Source of the DNA: Nitrospinota bacterium
GTDB lineage: Bacteria > UBA8248
NCBI GenBank assembly: GCA_030754595.1
Contig: JASLZZ010000056.1
Coordinates: 19,805 to 83,804 of the forward strand
Direction: 5' to 3'
Length of the DNA stretch: 64,000 nt
This document shows, in pieces, positions 1-9,405 of this stretch (the stretch's first letter is position 1; each line of letters starts with the position of its first letter). The translations under genes and the position numbers were made by a program. The notes below the pieces were generated by a model. That model had not been told where the DNA came from. It saw nothing but the letters and a program-made list of their open reading frames with translations, and did no database searches.

Positions 1-1
1 C

Positions 2-340
2 GAAACCCGGGGACTGATCGGAGCCAAAGAGTTCGCTCTGATGAAACCCTCCGCGTTTCTCATCAACGTTTCCCGGGGCGGTCACGTCGTAACGGACGAT
101 CTTGTCGTCGCGATCGGAGAGGGAAATGTCGCAGGGGCCGGCCTCGATGTAATCGAACCCGATCCGACTCCTGACGACCACCCGATTTTCTCACTGGACA
201 ATGTTGTGATATCGCCTCACTGCGCCGCGCAGACCGAAAGCACCCAGCGGGAGAGCTACGCCCTTCTCGCAGAGAGCATCCGCCTCGCGGTGGAAGGAAA
301 GCGCGTCGAGTCGCTCGTCAATCCAGAAATTTACGACTGA
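2..340 (+). CDS. D-isomer-specific 2-hydroxyacid dehydrogenase, C-terminal part (5' truncated by window edge)
   Basis: Frame is open from the window start (ETRGLIGAKEFALMKPSAFLINVSRG...AGLDV..PDP..SPH); ends SLVNPEIYD like the next gene. Confidence 0.85.
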   Translation, partial: ETRGLIGAKEFALMKPSAFLINVSRGGHVVTDDLVVAIGEGNVAGAGLDVIEPDPTPDDHPIFSLDNVVISPHCAAQTESTQRESYALLAESIRLAVEGKRVESLVNPEIYD

Positions 341-382
341 ACGGCAGGGAACCCGCCGAAGACGCCCTTGGAGTGAACCCAG

Positions 383-1339
383 ATGGCACACCGCGTACTA
401 AATGTGGATTACCGCATCCGTGAGCCGAACCGGCAGCGGTTCTTGCGCGAGTGCCTCCCCGAGGGGTACGAGCTCGTCATCCCCGAGTCGTTCGACACCG
501 AAACCATCCTGCGCGCGGCGAAGGGCGCCCGCGTGATCCTCACCAGCTTTGAGCCTCTCACCGGCGAAATGATGAGGGCGGCCGACGATTTGCGCGCCGT
601 CGGCAAGGGCGGAACCGGGGTAGACTCCATCGATGTCGCGACGGCCACCGCCCTGAAAATCCCGGTACTGAACACTCCCGGCCATCTCCGCTCGGACGCC
701 ATCGCCGAGCACGCGATTACGCTCATGCTCATGGTCTCCCGAAGGCCGTGGCTCTGGAAGGAAGGCCACACAACCATCCAGCACAACGAGTTGATGGGCG
801 CCACCCTCGGAATCGTCGGCCTTGGAAATATCGGCCGGGGCGTCGCCAAAAGGTGCGCCGCGTTCGGGATGGAAATTATCGCCTACACGCGCACGCCCGG
901 AAAATTCTGGCCCGAGGGCTTCACCGTCGAGGAAACCGCCACTCTCGAGGAACTCCTGCCCCGGGCGGATTACCTTCTGCTCTCCCTTCCGCTCACCGAA
1001 GAGAGCCGGGGCCTGATCGGCGCAAAAGAGATCGCCTTGATGAAAGACACGGCTTTCCTGATCAATATCGCCCGAGGAGCGCACGTGGATATCGACGCCA
1101 TGGCCGAAGCCATCGCCGGCGGAAAATTCGCCGGGGCTGGACTTGATGTGACCGCACCCGAGCCCCTGCCCGAGGGACATCCGATTCTCGGTCTGCCCAG
1201 CGTCGTCATATCCCCTCACAGCGCCTCGCACACCTCAGGCGTTCAGCAACGAAGCACCCAGCTTCTCTGCGACAACATCCGCCGCGCCGTCGAGGGCGAA
1301 CGGGCCACCTCGCTTGTAAATCCGGAGATTTACGACTAG
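383..1339 (+). CDS. D-isomer-specific 2-hydroxyacid dehydrogenase (SerA/GhrA-like)
   Basis: GLGNIG Rossmann motif, INIARG, GLDVTAPEP, SPH catalytic residues. Confidence 0.9.
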   Translation: MAHRVLNVDYRIREPNRQRFLRECLPEGYELVIPESFDTETILRAAKGARVILTSFEPLTGEMMRAADDLRAVGKGGTGVDSIDVATATALKIPVLNTPGHLRSDAIAEHAITLMLMVSRRPWLWKEGHTTIQHNELMGATLGIVGLGNIGRGVAKRCAAFGMEIIAYTRTPGKFWPEGFTVEETATLEELLPRADYLLLSLPLTEESRGLIGAKEIALMKDTAFLINIARGAHVDIDAMAEAIAGGKFAGAGLDVTAPEPLPEGHPILGLPSVVISPHSASHTSGVQQRSTQLLCDNIRRAVEGERATSLVNPEIYD

Positions 1340-1394
1340 CTTCTCTCTTCAAGGAGGGGTCCACGCCTCAACCAGGGCACGGACCCAAGGACCC

Positions 1395-2567
1395 ATGACA
1401 CAGCGAAAAATTCCAGCCGTTTTTTACCGGGGCGGAACGAGCCGCGCTATATTTTTCAACGCAAAAGACATCACCGGCGACCCGCGCATGAGGGACGAAA
1501 TTTTCCTTCGCGCCATCGGGAGCCCGGACCCCAACGGCCGCCAACTCGACGGCCTCGGCGGGGGCATCTCCTCTCTCAGCAAGGTCGCCGTCATCGGGCC
1601 CTCCTCCCGCCCCGACGCCGACGTGGACTACACCTTCGGACAGGTCTCCGTGGATGCCCCTCTGGTGGACTACGCGGGCAACTGCGGGAATATGTCGAGC
1701 GCGGTGGGCCACTTCGCGGTCGATGAAGGCCTTGTCCCCCCGCCTGCGGGCGATGAGGCAATTGTCCGCATTCACAACACGAACACGAACAAGATCATCA
1801 TCTCGAAATTCCGGGTCGAGGAAGGCCGTCCGGCCGTCGAGGGCGATTATGCCCTTCCCGGCGTCGCCGGTACGAGTTCGCTCATCACTCTGGAATTCAC
1901 CGATCCCGGCGGGGCCTCGACCGGAAAGCTGCTGCCCACCGGAAATACTATCGATATGTTCGACATCGAGGGAATCGGGCGGATCGAGGTCAGTCTTGTG
2001 GACGCGACAACCCCCGGCGTTTTCGTCCGGGCGGAGGACCTTGGCCTCACCCTGAAGGAAACGCCGGGCGTCATCGACGCGAATCATACGGCCGTGGTGA
2101 ATCTCGAACAGATCCGGGCGGAAGCGGCCGTCCGGATGGGAATATCGCCCAATCGCCGGGCTGCGTCGGAGTCCTCTCCCCTGGTTCCGAAGGTGGCCCT
2201 CGTCTCGCCGCCGAAAGAATATCTCGACCTCACCGGCGCGCCGGTCCCCGCCGACTCGTTCGACATTCTCAGCCGGATGATGTCGATGGGAAAAACCCAC
2301 CGCGCCTACCCGCTCACCGGTTCGATGTGCCTCGCCGTCGCAGCACGGATTTCGGGAACGATTCCCTACGAGGCGGCCCAAACCAAAACGGGCTCTCTCA
2401 TTCTCGGCCACGCCTCGGGGGTCCAGCCCGTCGGCGCCGAAGTGTCGGAGACGCCGGAAGGCCCCCGCGCCGAGAAAGTCATTGTCCATCGAACCGCCCG
2501 CCGTCTGATGGAGGGCTCTGTCCTCGTTCCCGCCAGCGTGTTCGAGACGGCCGGGACCAGGGCCTGA
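1395..2567 (+). CDS. prpF: PrpF family isomerase (2-methylaconitate isomerase / 4-oxalomesaconate tautomerase-like)
   Basis: RGGTSRA, QLDGLGGG.SSLSKV, GNCGNMSSAVG, RTARRLMEG motifs. Confidence 0.85.
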   Translation: MTQRKIPAVFYRGGTSRAIFFNAKDITGDPRMRDEIFLRAIGSPDPNGRQLDGLGGGISSLSKVAVIGPSSRPDADVDYTFGQVSVDAPLVDYAGNCGNMSSAVGHFAVDEGLVPPPAGDEAIVRIHNTNTNKIIISKFRVEEGRPAVEGDYALPGVAGTSSLITLEFTDPGGASTGKLLPTGNTIDMFDIEGIGRIEVSLVDATTPGVFVRAEDLGLTLKETPGVIDANHTAVVNLEQIRAEAAVRMGISPNRRAASESSPLVPKVALVSPPKEYLDLTGAPVPADSFDILSRMMSMGKTHRAYPLTGSMCLAVAARISGTIPYEAAQTKTGSLILGHASGVQPVGAEVSETPEGPRAEKVIVHRTARRLMEGSVLVPASVFETAGTRA

Positions 2568-2572
2568 CGAAT

Positions 2573-2938
2573 CTATTCCGAATCGCGGTGGACGTTCTCC
2601 ACCGAAAAAGCCGGAAGGCAGACGGCGATATACTCGGCCCCCACCTCTCCGGGGATCGAATAGCGCACCCACTCCCCCCGGCGGCAAACCACCGCCTGGC
2701 CGGCGGCCACTTACATCGCGCCGCTTTCGTGCTCGACGAGCAACTCTCCTTTCAGGACAATCGTGAATTCGTCGAATTCGGGCTTTTGCCCCGGCTCGAT
2801 CCATCCCCCCGGGCTGCGCATGCGGGCGATGCTCACGCGGTCGTCTCCCGAGTTCACGCGCCCGAAAAACTCGTCAATCAACTTGGGCTTGTTGCCCGCC
2901 GCCTCGATTCGCGTAGGACCATCAATCAACTTCGGCAT
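2573..2938 (-). pseudogene. Cupin-domain protein interrupted by an in-frame TAA at 2711-2713
   Basis: MPKLIDGPTRIEAAGNKPKLIDEFFGRVNS...EHESGAM*VAAGQAVVCRRGEWVRYSIPGEVGAEYIAVCLPAFSVENVHRDSE: the second cupin motif continues in frame past the stop. Confidence 0.8.
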
Positions 2939-2983
2939 ATAAACTCCTCCGACGAGAATAAAGGATTCAAATCGGCCCCGGCC

Positions 2984-3919
2984 CTACACTCTCCCCGAGC
3001 TTCTTCTCCCCCCGACCGTTACCAGCCAAACGCCCGTTATCGTCAACGCCGCGCCCGACAGTAGGTTCCAGCCCACCGCTTCGCCCAGCATGACCGCGCT
3101 GCCCGCGACGCCCACCGCCGGCGTCATGAACAGAAAGACCGAAACCCGGGCGGGCGAGTGCTTGAGCATCAGATGGGCCCATAGGACGAGAACGAGTCCG
3201 CTCGAGATCACCCCCATGTGAAATATCGCGTAGAACTCAGCAGGGCCAAACGCATACCGGCCCCCGCCCTCGGTCAACCAGGAAAGAGCCAGGTAGAGCG
3301 GGGCGCCGATAATCATGGCCCACCGCGTCACGGCGAACATATCGGAGCGGGCCAGATATTTCTTGAAGTGTATCGCCTGGAATGCCCAGATCAACGCCGA
3401 AATGACGATGAATAAATCCGCCCAGAGCGCGCTCTCGCCACCCATCCGTTGGGAGAAAATAACTATCGTCCCCGCCATTGCCGTACCGAAACCCAGGGAG
3501 CGGTGGGCGGTGATGCGCTCGCCCGGAAGAAGGGCGGCGGCGAACAGCATGACCCAGATGGGCTGGGTGTAGAAGAGCACTGAAGCGCGGGCAGCCTGGG
3601 TCCCCGTCATCCCGACATACAGGAACAGAATGTAGGCGTTGTGGAGGATGCCGTTAAGGATGCGGTGCGCCCTCTCCGCCGCCGGGGTGGGTAGCGTCGT
3701 TCGATCGGGCACCTTCATCAAAACCATCCACGCCGTCAGGGTCAGGGCTGAAACGGCGGCGCGGATCCAAATGAGCGCAAAAGGGCTCAGTCCATCATAC
3801 GAGGCCTTGATGACCGGCTGGGTCATTCCCCAGACCAACACCAACGCCAGGCTTCCCGCGGCCAATTCGACGGCCCCGCCCCGCCCCGCCGCCTCGGAAT
3901 CAGCGCCGGATTTGGTCAA
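2984..3919 (-). CDS. DMT/EamA family transporter
   Basis: About 10 hydrophobic segments in two EamA-like repeats (LPGERIT, LGEAVG). Confidence 0.85.
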   Translation of the reverse strand: MTKSGADSEAAGRGGAVELAAGSLALVLVWGMTQPVIKASYDGLSPFALIWIRAAVSALTLTAWMVLMKVPDRTTLPTPAAERAHRILNGILHNAYILFLYVGMTGTQAARASVLFYTQPIWVMLFAAALLPGERITAHRSLGFGTAMAGTIVIFSQRMGGESALWADLFIVISALIWAFQAIHFKKYLARSDMFAVTRWAMIIGAPLYLALSWLTEGGGRYAFGPAEFYAIFHMGVISSGLVLVLWAHLMLKHSPARVSVFLFMTPAVGVAGSAVMLGEAVGWNLLSGAALTITGVWLVTVGGRRSSGRV

Positions 3920-4326
3920 GTGTTCTCTCCGGCGGGCGGCACACGCTCGCAGATTTCGATACGAACATTTCCGGGCCCCCGGATGAAGGCGATCGCCCTT
4001 CCACCGATACCCGTCCGCTGGGGGGCCATCAGGATATCGGCTCCCCGCGACTCCAGCCAGGCGGTGGTGGCGTCAACGTCATCAACGGCGAAACCCACAT
4101 GGTCCAGGCCCTCGACGAGGCTGGGCGCCCGCGAGTCGGGTGAATCGTCCTCCCTCACGCCACGAGTCCTAAGCGTACCGCCCCCAAGGCGAAAAATAGC
4201 GTAGACCGCCCTCTTATGGTCATCGATGTACTCGACAGCCTTCATCCCGAATACGCGTTCGAAATAATCGGTCAGCGCGCGAGCGTCGCTGACGAGGAAA
4301 TGGACGTGATCAAAATCAAACTCCAC
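3916..4326 (-). CDS. VOC (glyoxalase/bleomycin resistance) family protein
   Basis: FDHVHF, GLDHVGFAVDD, AFIRGPGNVRIEICE motifs; overlaps the DMT start by 4 nt. Confidence 0.85.
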   Translation of the reverse strand: MEFDFDHVHFLVSDARALTDYFERVFGMKAVEYIDDHKRAVYAIFRLGGGTLRTRGVREDDSPDSRAPSLVEGLDHVGFAVDDVDATTAWLESRGADILMAPQRTGIGGRAIAFIRGPGNVRIEICERVPPAGENT

Positions 4327-4479
4327 GCTACCTCCGCCACAATTCGGGAAATGGGCCGCACGAATATCTCAGGGGCAATTCTCTTTTCGAGCCCGGCATA
4401 GTACGCTGATTGCTCGAATCACCCAAACGAACCCACTCGAACTCCTTCACTTTTTTCGACTCTATTGAAAGTAACCACC

Positions 4480-5394
4480 ATGGCGAAACCCAAGATCATC
4501 GGAACCAAACACTGGACCCATCACAATGGCGCCGACCTGTTCATATGGAGAAAGCGCCGCAAGGGGCTCCGAAAACCCGCCGGATCGGTCATCCTCGTGC
4601 ACGGCTCCTCGGTGGCCTCCACTCCCTCGTTCGACCTTCAAGTCCCGGGGCGGCCCGGTCACTCCCTGATGGATTACCTTGCCGAGCGCGGATACGACAC
4701 TTGGTGCATGGACCACGATGGCTACGGGCGGTCGACCAAGGACAGAAAGGTTCACGCCGGAATCAAGCGGGGAGCCGAAGATCTTTTGGCCACGGCGAAA
4801 TACATCCGCAAGACCTCGGGCGCGAAATCCTTTCTGATGTACGGGATTTCCTCGGGCGCTCTCCGCGCCGCCCTTTTCGCGCAGAAATATCCCCAGTTCG
4901 TCAAACGTGTCGTACTCGATGCTTTTGTGTGGACGGGAAAGGAGAGCCCCGCGCTGAAAGATAGAGCCAAGCGCTTCGCCAAGGCCAAGAGCACCGATCG
5001 GCGCCCCATTCACTCCAAATTCATCCGGACCATTTTCAGCCGCGACAAACACGCGAAAGCCGCATACCCGGACGTGGTCAAGGCGTTCGCCGAGGCTTGC
5101 TGCGAACTCGACGACTCGGTGCCGAACGGCACCTACATCGACATGACCCGTCGGCTGCCGGTGGTCAACCCGCGCAAGTTGACCGTTCCGGTTCTGATCA
5201 CGCGTGGGGAATGGGACGGCATCGCCTCCTACGAAGACCTGATGGAATTCTTCCACTTGCTCCCGAATCCGGACAAGCAATTCGCCGTCATTCCCGGCAT
5301 CTCGCACGCAAGTCTCCAGATGAAAAATTTCCAGATTATTTTCCATCTGATCGAGCGCTTTTTCAGCCAGCCGGAACCCATCTACAAAGGCTAG
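4480..5394 (+). CDS. Alpha/beta fold hydrolase
   Basis: LVHGS, DHDGYGRS, GISSG nucleophile elbow, GEWD, SH. Confidence 0.85.
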   Translation: MAKPKIIGTKHWTHHNGADLFIWRKRRKGLRKPAGSVILVHGSSVASTPSFDLQVPGRPGHSLMDYLAERGYDTWCMDHDGYGRSTKDRKVHAGIKRGAEDLLATAKYIRKTSGAKSFLMYGISSGALRAALFAQKYPQFVKRVVLDAFVWTGKESPALKDRAKRFAKAKSTDRRPIHSKFIRTIFSRDKHAKAAYPDVVKAFAEACCELDDSVPNGTYIDMTRRLPVVNPRKLTVPVLITRGEWDGIASYEDLMEFFHLLPNPDKQFAVIPGISHASLQMKNFQIIFHLIERFFSQPEPIYKG

Positions 5395-5567
5395 CGGATG
5401 AGCTATTTACTTCATTCGGGAGGCCAGTGGGGATAAATTAAAAACAAGCTCAACCGGGAAATACCACATGTCGAAGACGCGGATCCTGAGGGACGGCGGT
5501 GCGGGAGAGTTCGCCCGCCTCCGGGGTTACGCCATTTCGGGAATTTTTTTTCGATAAAGGAGATCAA

Positions 5568-6389
5568 ATGGACACTCAGGACTGGTATTCCGTCAAAGAA
5601 TTCGCGCCTGGTAGCTATCAGATCACGGAAGGCGGGCGGTTCAAAATGTTTTTGCTGGCGGGAGACGAGAAAGCCGTCTCCCTAGACAGCGGCATCGGCG
5701 TTGGTAACCTGCGCCGGCTCTGCGAGAGCATCACCGACCGGCCCATCGACCATATTCTCACCCATACGCACTGGGATCACATCGGCGCCTCTCATCTCTG
5801 GGACAAAGTGGGGGTTCATCCCGCCGGAAAAGACTGCCTCGCCTCGGACCTTTCCAAGAACACCCAGGGATTCGTGAAAATGTGGACCGCGAACGGAAAC
5901 TCTTTTCCGGACTGGTTCGATCCGGAGAAGTACGCCAACCCGCCGGCCACCTTCGGCTGGACCCTCCAGGAGGGCGATATGATCGACCTCGGCGATAGGA
6001 AACTCCGGATCTACGACACGCCGGGCCACTCTCCGTGCAGCATTTCCCTTTACGACGAGCGGGAGAAAATCCTGGTTTCGGGCGACCTCATCCGGTGCGA
6101 GGAGTATCTCTTCCTCCAGGTGCCCACCGCCGTGCTCTCCGACTATCCGCCCTCGCTCAGGAAGATGGAAAAGCTCGCGGCCGAAGTCGAGATCAGATGG
6201 ATCACCTCGGGCCACACCGAGCCCTACGGCGATCCTTCGATCATCGGGGAACTCGCCCAGCAGATGGAGGAGCTAGAGGCCGGAAAGCACGACCCGCCCA
6301 AGAAGGTGGACGGAGGAAACTGGGGCGAGGTGGACGAATATGAATTCCCGCGCGTCAAGGTCTGGATACAGGACCACGCCCGGAAATAG
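5568..6389 (+). CDS. MBL-fold metallo-hydrolase (paralog 1)
   Basis: THTHWDH (HxHxDH), TPGHSP, SGD, SGH; AAGGAG RBS before ATG 5568. Confidence 0.9.
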   Translation: MDTQDWYSVKEFAPGSYQITEGGRFKMFLLAGDEKAVSLDSGIGVGNLRRLCESITDRPIDHILTHTHWDHIGASHLWDKVGVHPAGKDCLASDLSKNTQGFVKMWTANGNSFPDWFDPEKYANPPATFGWTLQEGDMIDLGDRKLRIYDTPGHSPCSISLYDEREKILVSGDLIRCEEYLFLQVPTAVLSDYPPSLRKMEKLAAEVEIRWITSGHTEPYGDPSIIGELAQQMEELEAGKHDPPKKVDGGNWGEVDEYEFPRVKVWIQDHARK

Positions 6390-6428
6390 ACCGGCGGCAA
6401 GTCCCCATCTCTCACCGAGAGGAAGCGC

Positions 6429-7244
6429 ATGGATACGCAAAACTGGTACGACGTTCAGGAGTTCGCGCCGGACACCTACCAAGTCACCGAAGCCGGCCGG
6501 TGGAACATGTTCCTTTTCGTCGGCGAGGAGAAGGCCCTCGCCCTCGACGGCGGGATCGGGGTCGGTAGTTTTAAAAAATTATGCGAGAGCATCACCGACC
6601 TTCCGATCGATCACGTCCTCACGCACACCCATTGGGATCACGTCGGCGCGATACACGAATGGGATTCCGTCGGCGTCCACCCCAACGGCAAGGAAAAGCT
6701 CGCCAACGACTATTCGGCCGGGTGCAAGGATTTCGTGGAAAATTGGAAGGGAAAGTCCTTCCCCGAGGGTTTCGACCCCGTTTCGTTCACCATCCCGCCC
6801 GGCCGGTTCGGCCGGGAGGTCAAGGAGGGCGACGCGATCGACCTCGGCGGCCGCACCCTCCGCGTTTGGGACACACCGGGCCACTCCCCGTGCAGCATCT
6901 CCCTGTACGACGACCGTGAAGGCGTTCTCATCACGGGCGATCTGGTCAAACCGGGCCAGCCCCTCTTCATCCAGGTGCCGACGGCGGCTTTCTCCGACTA
7001 CGGCCCCTCGCTCCGCACCCTTGAGCGAATCGCCGCCGAAAATGAGGTGAAATGGGTTTGTTCGGGCCACACCGAACCGCACCCGGACCCCACCGTCATC
7101 GGCCGGATGGCCGCCTTCGTCGAGGAGGCCTGGGCCGGGAAACACGAGCCCCCGAAAAAGTTCGAGGCTGGTAAATGGGGTATCGTGGACGAGTACGAGG
7201 GATCGGGCGTCAAGGTGTGGACGAACGACAACGCGAGACGGTAA
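6429..7244 (+). CDS. MBL-fold metallo-hydrolase (paralog 2)
   Basis: THTHWDH, TPGHSP, TGD, SGH; collinear with paralog 1. Confidence 0.9.
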   Translation: MDTQNWYDVQEFAPDTYQVTEAGRWNMFLFVGEEKALALDGGIGVGSFKKLCESITDLPIDHVLTHTHWDHVGAIHEWDSVGVHPNGKEKLANDYSAGCKDFVENWKGKSFPEGFDPVSFTIPPGRFGREVKEGDAIDLGGRTLRVWDTPGHSPCSISLYDDREGVLITGDLVKPGQPLFIQVPTAAFSDYGPSLRTLERIAAENEVKWVCSGHTEPHPDPTVIGRMAAFVEEAWAGKHEPPKKFEAGKWGIVDEYEGSGVKVWTNDNARR

Positions 7245-7266
7245 TTCACCCAGGAAACGGAGCCGA

Positions 7267-9210
7267 ATGGCCACCCCCGATATCATCTGGCGGCCGGGCG
7301 AGGATTTTCTCGAAAACAGCCACGTCGCCCGGTTGATGAAGAAAGTAGGCGCGGCGGATTACAGGGAATTCCTCGCCTGGTCGGTCGAGGACATCCGCCG
7401 CTTTTGGGAGGTTGTCCTCGATGACATGAATTTCGAGTGGCAAAAGCCCTACGAAGAACTCCTGGACCTGAGCGGGGGCTTCCCCTGGCCGAAATGGTTC
7501 GTCGGCGGGGAGACGAACATCGCCCTCAACTGCATCGACCGTCATCTGGACAAAAGAAAAGATCAAACCGCCATCATCTGGGAGGGGGACGGCGGCGAGG
7601 TCCGCGAGTTCACCTACGCCGAGCTCTCCGCCGAGGTGAGCCGCCTGTCGAACGCCATGCGCGCGATGGGCCTCGAACCCGGCGACTCCGCTGGGGTGTT
7701 CCTGCCTCTGGTGCCCGAGGCGGTGATCGTCATGTACGCCTGCTTCAAGACGGGCGTCGCCGTGCTTCCCGTATTCTCGGGGTTCGGGCCCGAGGGATTG
7801 GCCGAGCGGCTGGCGCACGCGGAGGCAAAAATCCTCTTCACGGTGGACGGCGCGGTGCGGCGCGGCAAGACGATTCCGCTCAAGACCACCGCCGACGAGG
7901 CCTTGAAGAGAGAAACCTCGGTCGAGAAGGTCGTCGTCGTCCGGCGCTCGGGGCTCGAAGTTCCGATGAAAAGCGGGCGCGACGAAACATGGGAGGAATT
8001 CACCACCGGCCACCCCGATACGGCGGAGACGGCCCACCTTCCCGCAGGCGCCGTATCGATGATCATGTACACCTCGGGGACGACCGGAAAGCCCAAGGGA
8101 ACTATCTACACCCACGCCGGGCTGATGACCGGGCCCGGACGCGAGGTCCGCTACTGCTTCGATATGAGAGAGGGCGACGTCATGTACTGGGTGACGGACT
8201 TCGGCTGGGTGATGGCGCCCTACGAGCTCGTCGGCTCTCATTTCGGGGGACACACCTGTCTCCTCTACGAGAGCGTCCCGAACCACCCCGAGCCCGACCG
8301 CCTCTGGCGGATCGTCTCCGGCCACAAGGTCACCCACCTCGGTCTCTCTCCGACGGCGATTCGCGTCCTCAAGAGCGCCGGCGACGAGTGGGTCGAAAAA
8401 CACGATCTCTCCTCCCTCCGAGTGCTGGGCTCGACGGGAGAACCCTGGGACCCGGAGTCCTACATGTGGTATTTCGAGAGGGTCGGCGGCGGGCGCTGCC
8501 CGGTCATGAACATTTCGGGCGGCACCGAGATCGGCGGGTGCCTCCTTCAGCCCCTTCCCGTCATGGACCTGACGGTCGGCACACTGGGCGCCCCCGCGAT
8601 GGGGGTGGACACCGACGTTTTCGGCGAGGACGGCAAACCCATCCGGAACGAGGTGGGCCATCTCGTCCTCAAGCAGCCGATACCGTCCTTGACCGCCGGA
8701 TTTCTAAAAGAGCCGGAGCGCTACCTCGAGACCTATTTCTCGAAATGGGAGGGCGTCTGGTACCACGGCGACTGGGCCAAGTGCGACGAACGCGGGCTGT
8801 GGTACCTTTACGGCCGCTCGGACGACACCATCAAGGTCGCTGGAAAACGCGTCGGGCCCAGCGAGATTGAGGCCGAGCTCATCAAGCACCCCGGCGTCGT
8901 CGAGGCCGCCGTCGTCGGCACACCCCACCCCGTCAAGGGCGAGGGGATCACCTGTTTCGTCGTCATGACCGGAGATTATGAATACACCGACGCCCTCCGC
9001 GAGGAACTTAAAGATCAGACCGTCCAGTATCTGGGAAAAAGCCTCCGGCCCGACGAGGTGAAATTCGTCCAGGCGCTGCCCAAAACGCGCTCGGCCAAGA
9101 TCGTCCGCGGCGCGATCAAAAACGTGTATCTGGGCCAGGACGTCGGGCACATGGATTTGAGCTCGCTTGAGAATCCGGCGGTTTTGGATGCGATTAGAGA
9201 AGCGGTGTAG
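7267..9210 (+). CDS. Acetate/short-chain acyl-CoA synthetase (paralog 1)
   Basis: YTSGTTGKPKG AMP-binding loop, STGEPW, GRSDDTIK, LPKTRSAKI. Confidence 0.9.
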   Translation: MATPDIIWRPGEDFLENSHVARLMKKVGAADYREFLAWSVEDIRRFWEVVLDDMNFEWQKPYEELLDLSGGFPWPKWFVGGETNIALNCIDRHLDKRKDQTAIIWEGDGGEVREFTYAELSAEVSRLSNAMRAMGLEPGDSAGVFLPLVPEAVIVMYACFKTGVAVLPVFSGFGPEGLAERLAHAEAKILFTVDGAVRRGKTIPLKTTADEALKRETSVEKVVVVRRSGLEVPMKSGRDETWEEFTTGHPDTAETAHLPAGAVSMIMYTSGTTGKPKGTIYTHAGLMTGPGREVRYCFDMREGDVMYWVTDFGWVMAPYELVGSHFGGHTCLLYESVPNHPEPDRLWRIVSGHKVTHLGLSPTAIRVLKSAGDEWVEKHDLSSLRVLGSTGEPWDPESYMWYFERVGGGRCPVMNISGGTEIGGCLLQPLPVMDLTVGTLGAPAMGVDTDVFGEDGKPIRNEVGHLVLKQPIPSLTAGFLKEPERYLETYFSKWEGVWYHGDWAKCDERGLWYLYGRSDDTIKVAGKRVGPSEIEAELIKHPGVVEAAVVGTPHPVKGEGITCFVVMTGDYEYTDALREELKDQTVQYLGKSLRPDEVKFVQALPKTRSAKIVRGAIKNVYLGQDVGHMDLSSLENPAVLDAIREAV

Positions 9211-9288
9211 GGGGGCATGGGGTTACTCAAAAGCTGTCATTCTGAAACATTTTGTATCGACAGACGATATCGAGTAGCCGACATCGTT

Positions 9289-9323
9289 CCCTCACCCCGC
9301 CCCTCTCCCGAAGGGAGAGGGAG
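9289..9323. repeat. REP-like palindromic element CCCTCACCCC..CCCTCTCCC-GAA-GGGAGAGGG
   Basis: Perfect 9-bp inverted repeat 9301-9309/9313-9321 preceded by CCCTCACCCC, a pattern typical of a widespread intergenic repeat class. Confidence 0.6.
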
Positions 9324-9405
9324 GAGAAAAGTTCTTTGGAGGCATGGAACCTTTCTTTCAAGAAAGGTTCCATGAATTGAACGCCTTAAAAAGGAAATAT
9401 CCAAC

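Noticed and set aside
1368..2804. Long antisense or alternate-frame ORFs (e.g. 1368-2804, 7246-8661, 33644-34963, 50467-51903)
   Set aside because: They overlap well-supported genes and are the expected shadow ORFs of high-GC coding DNA
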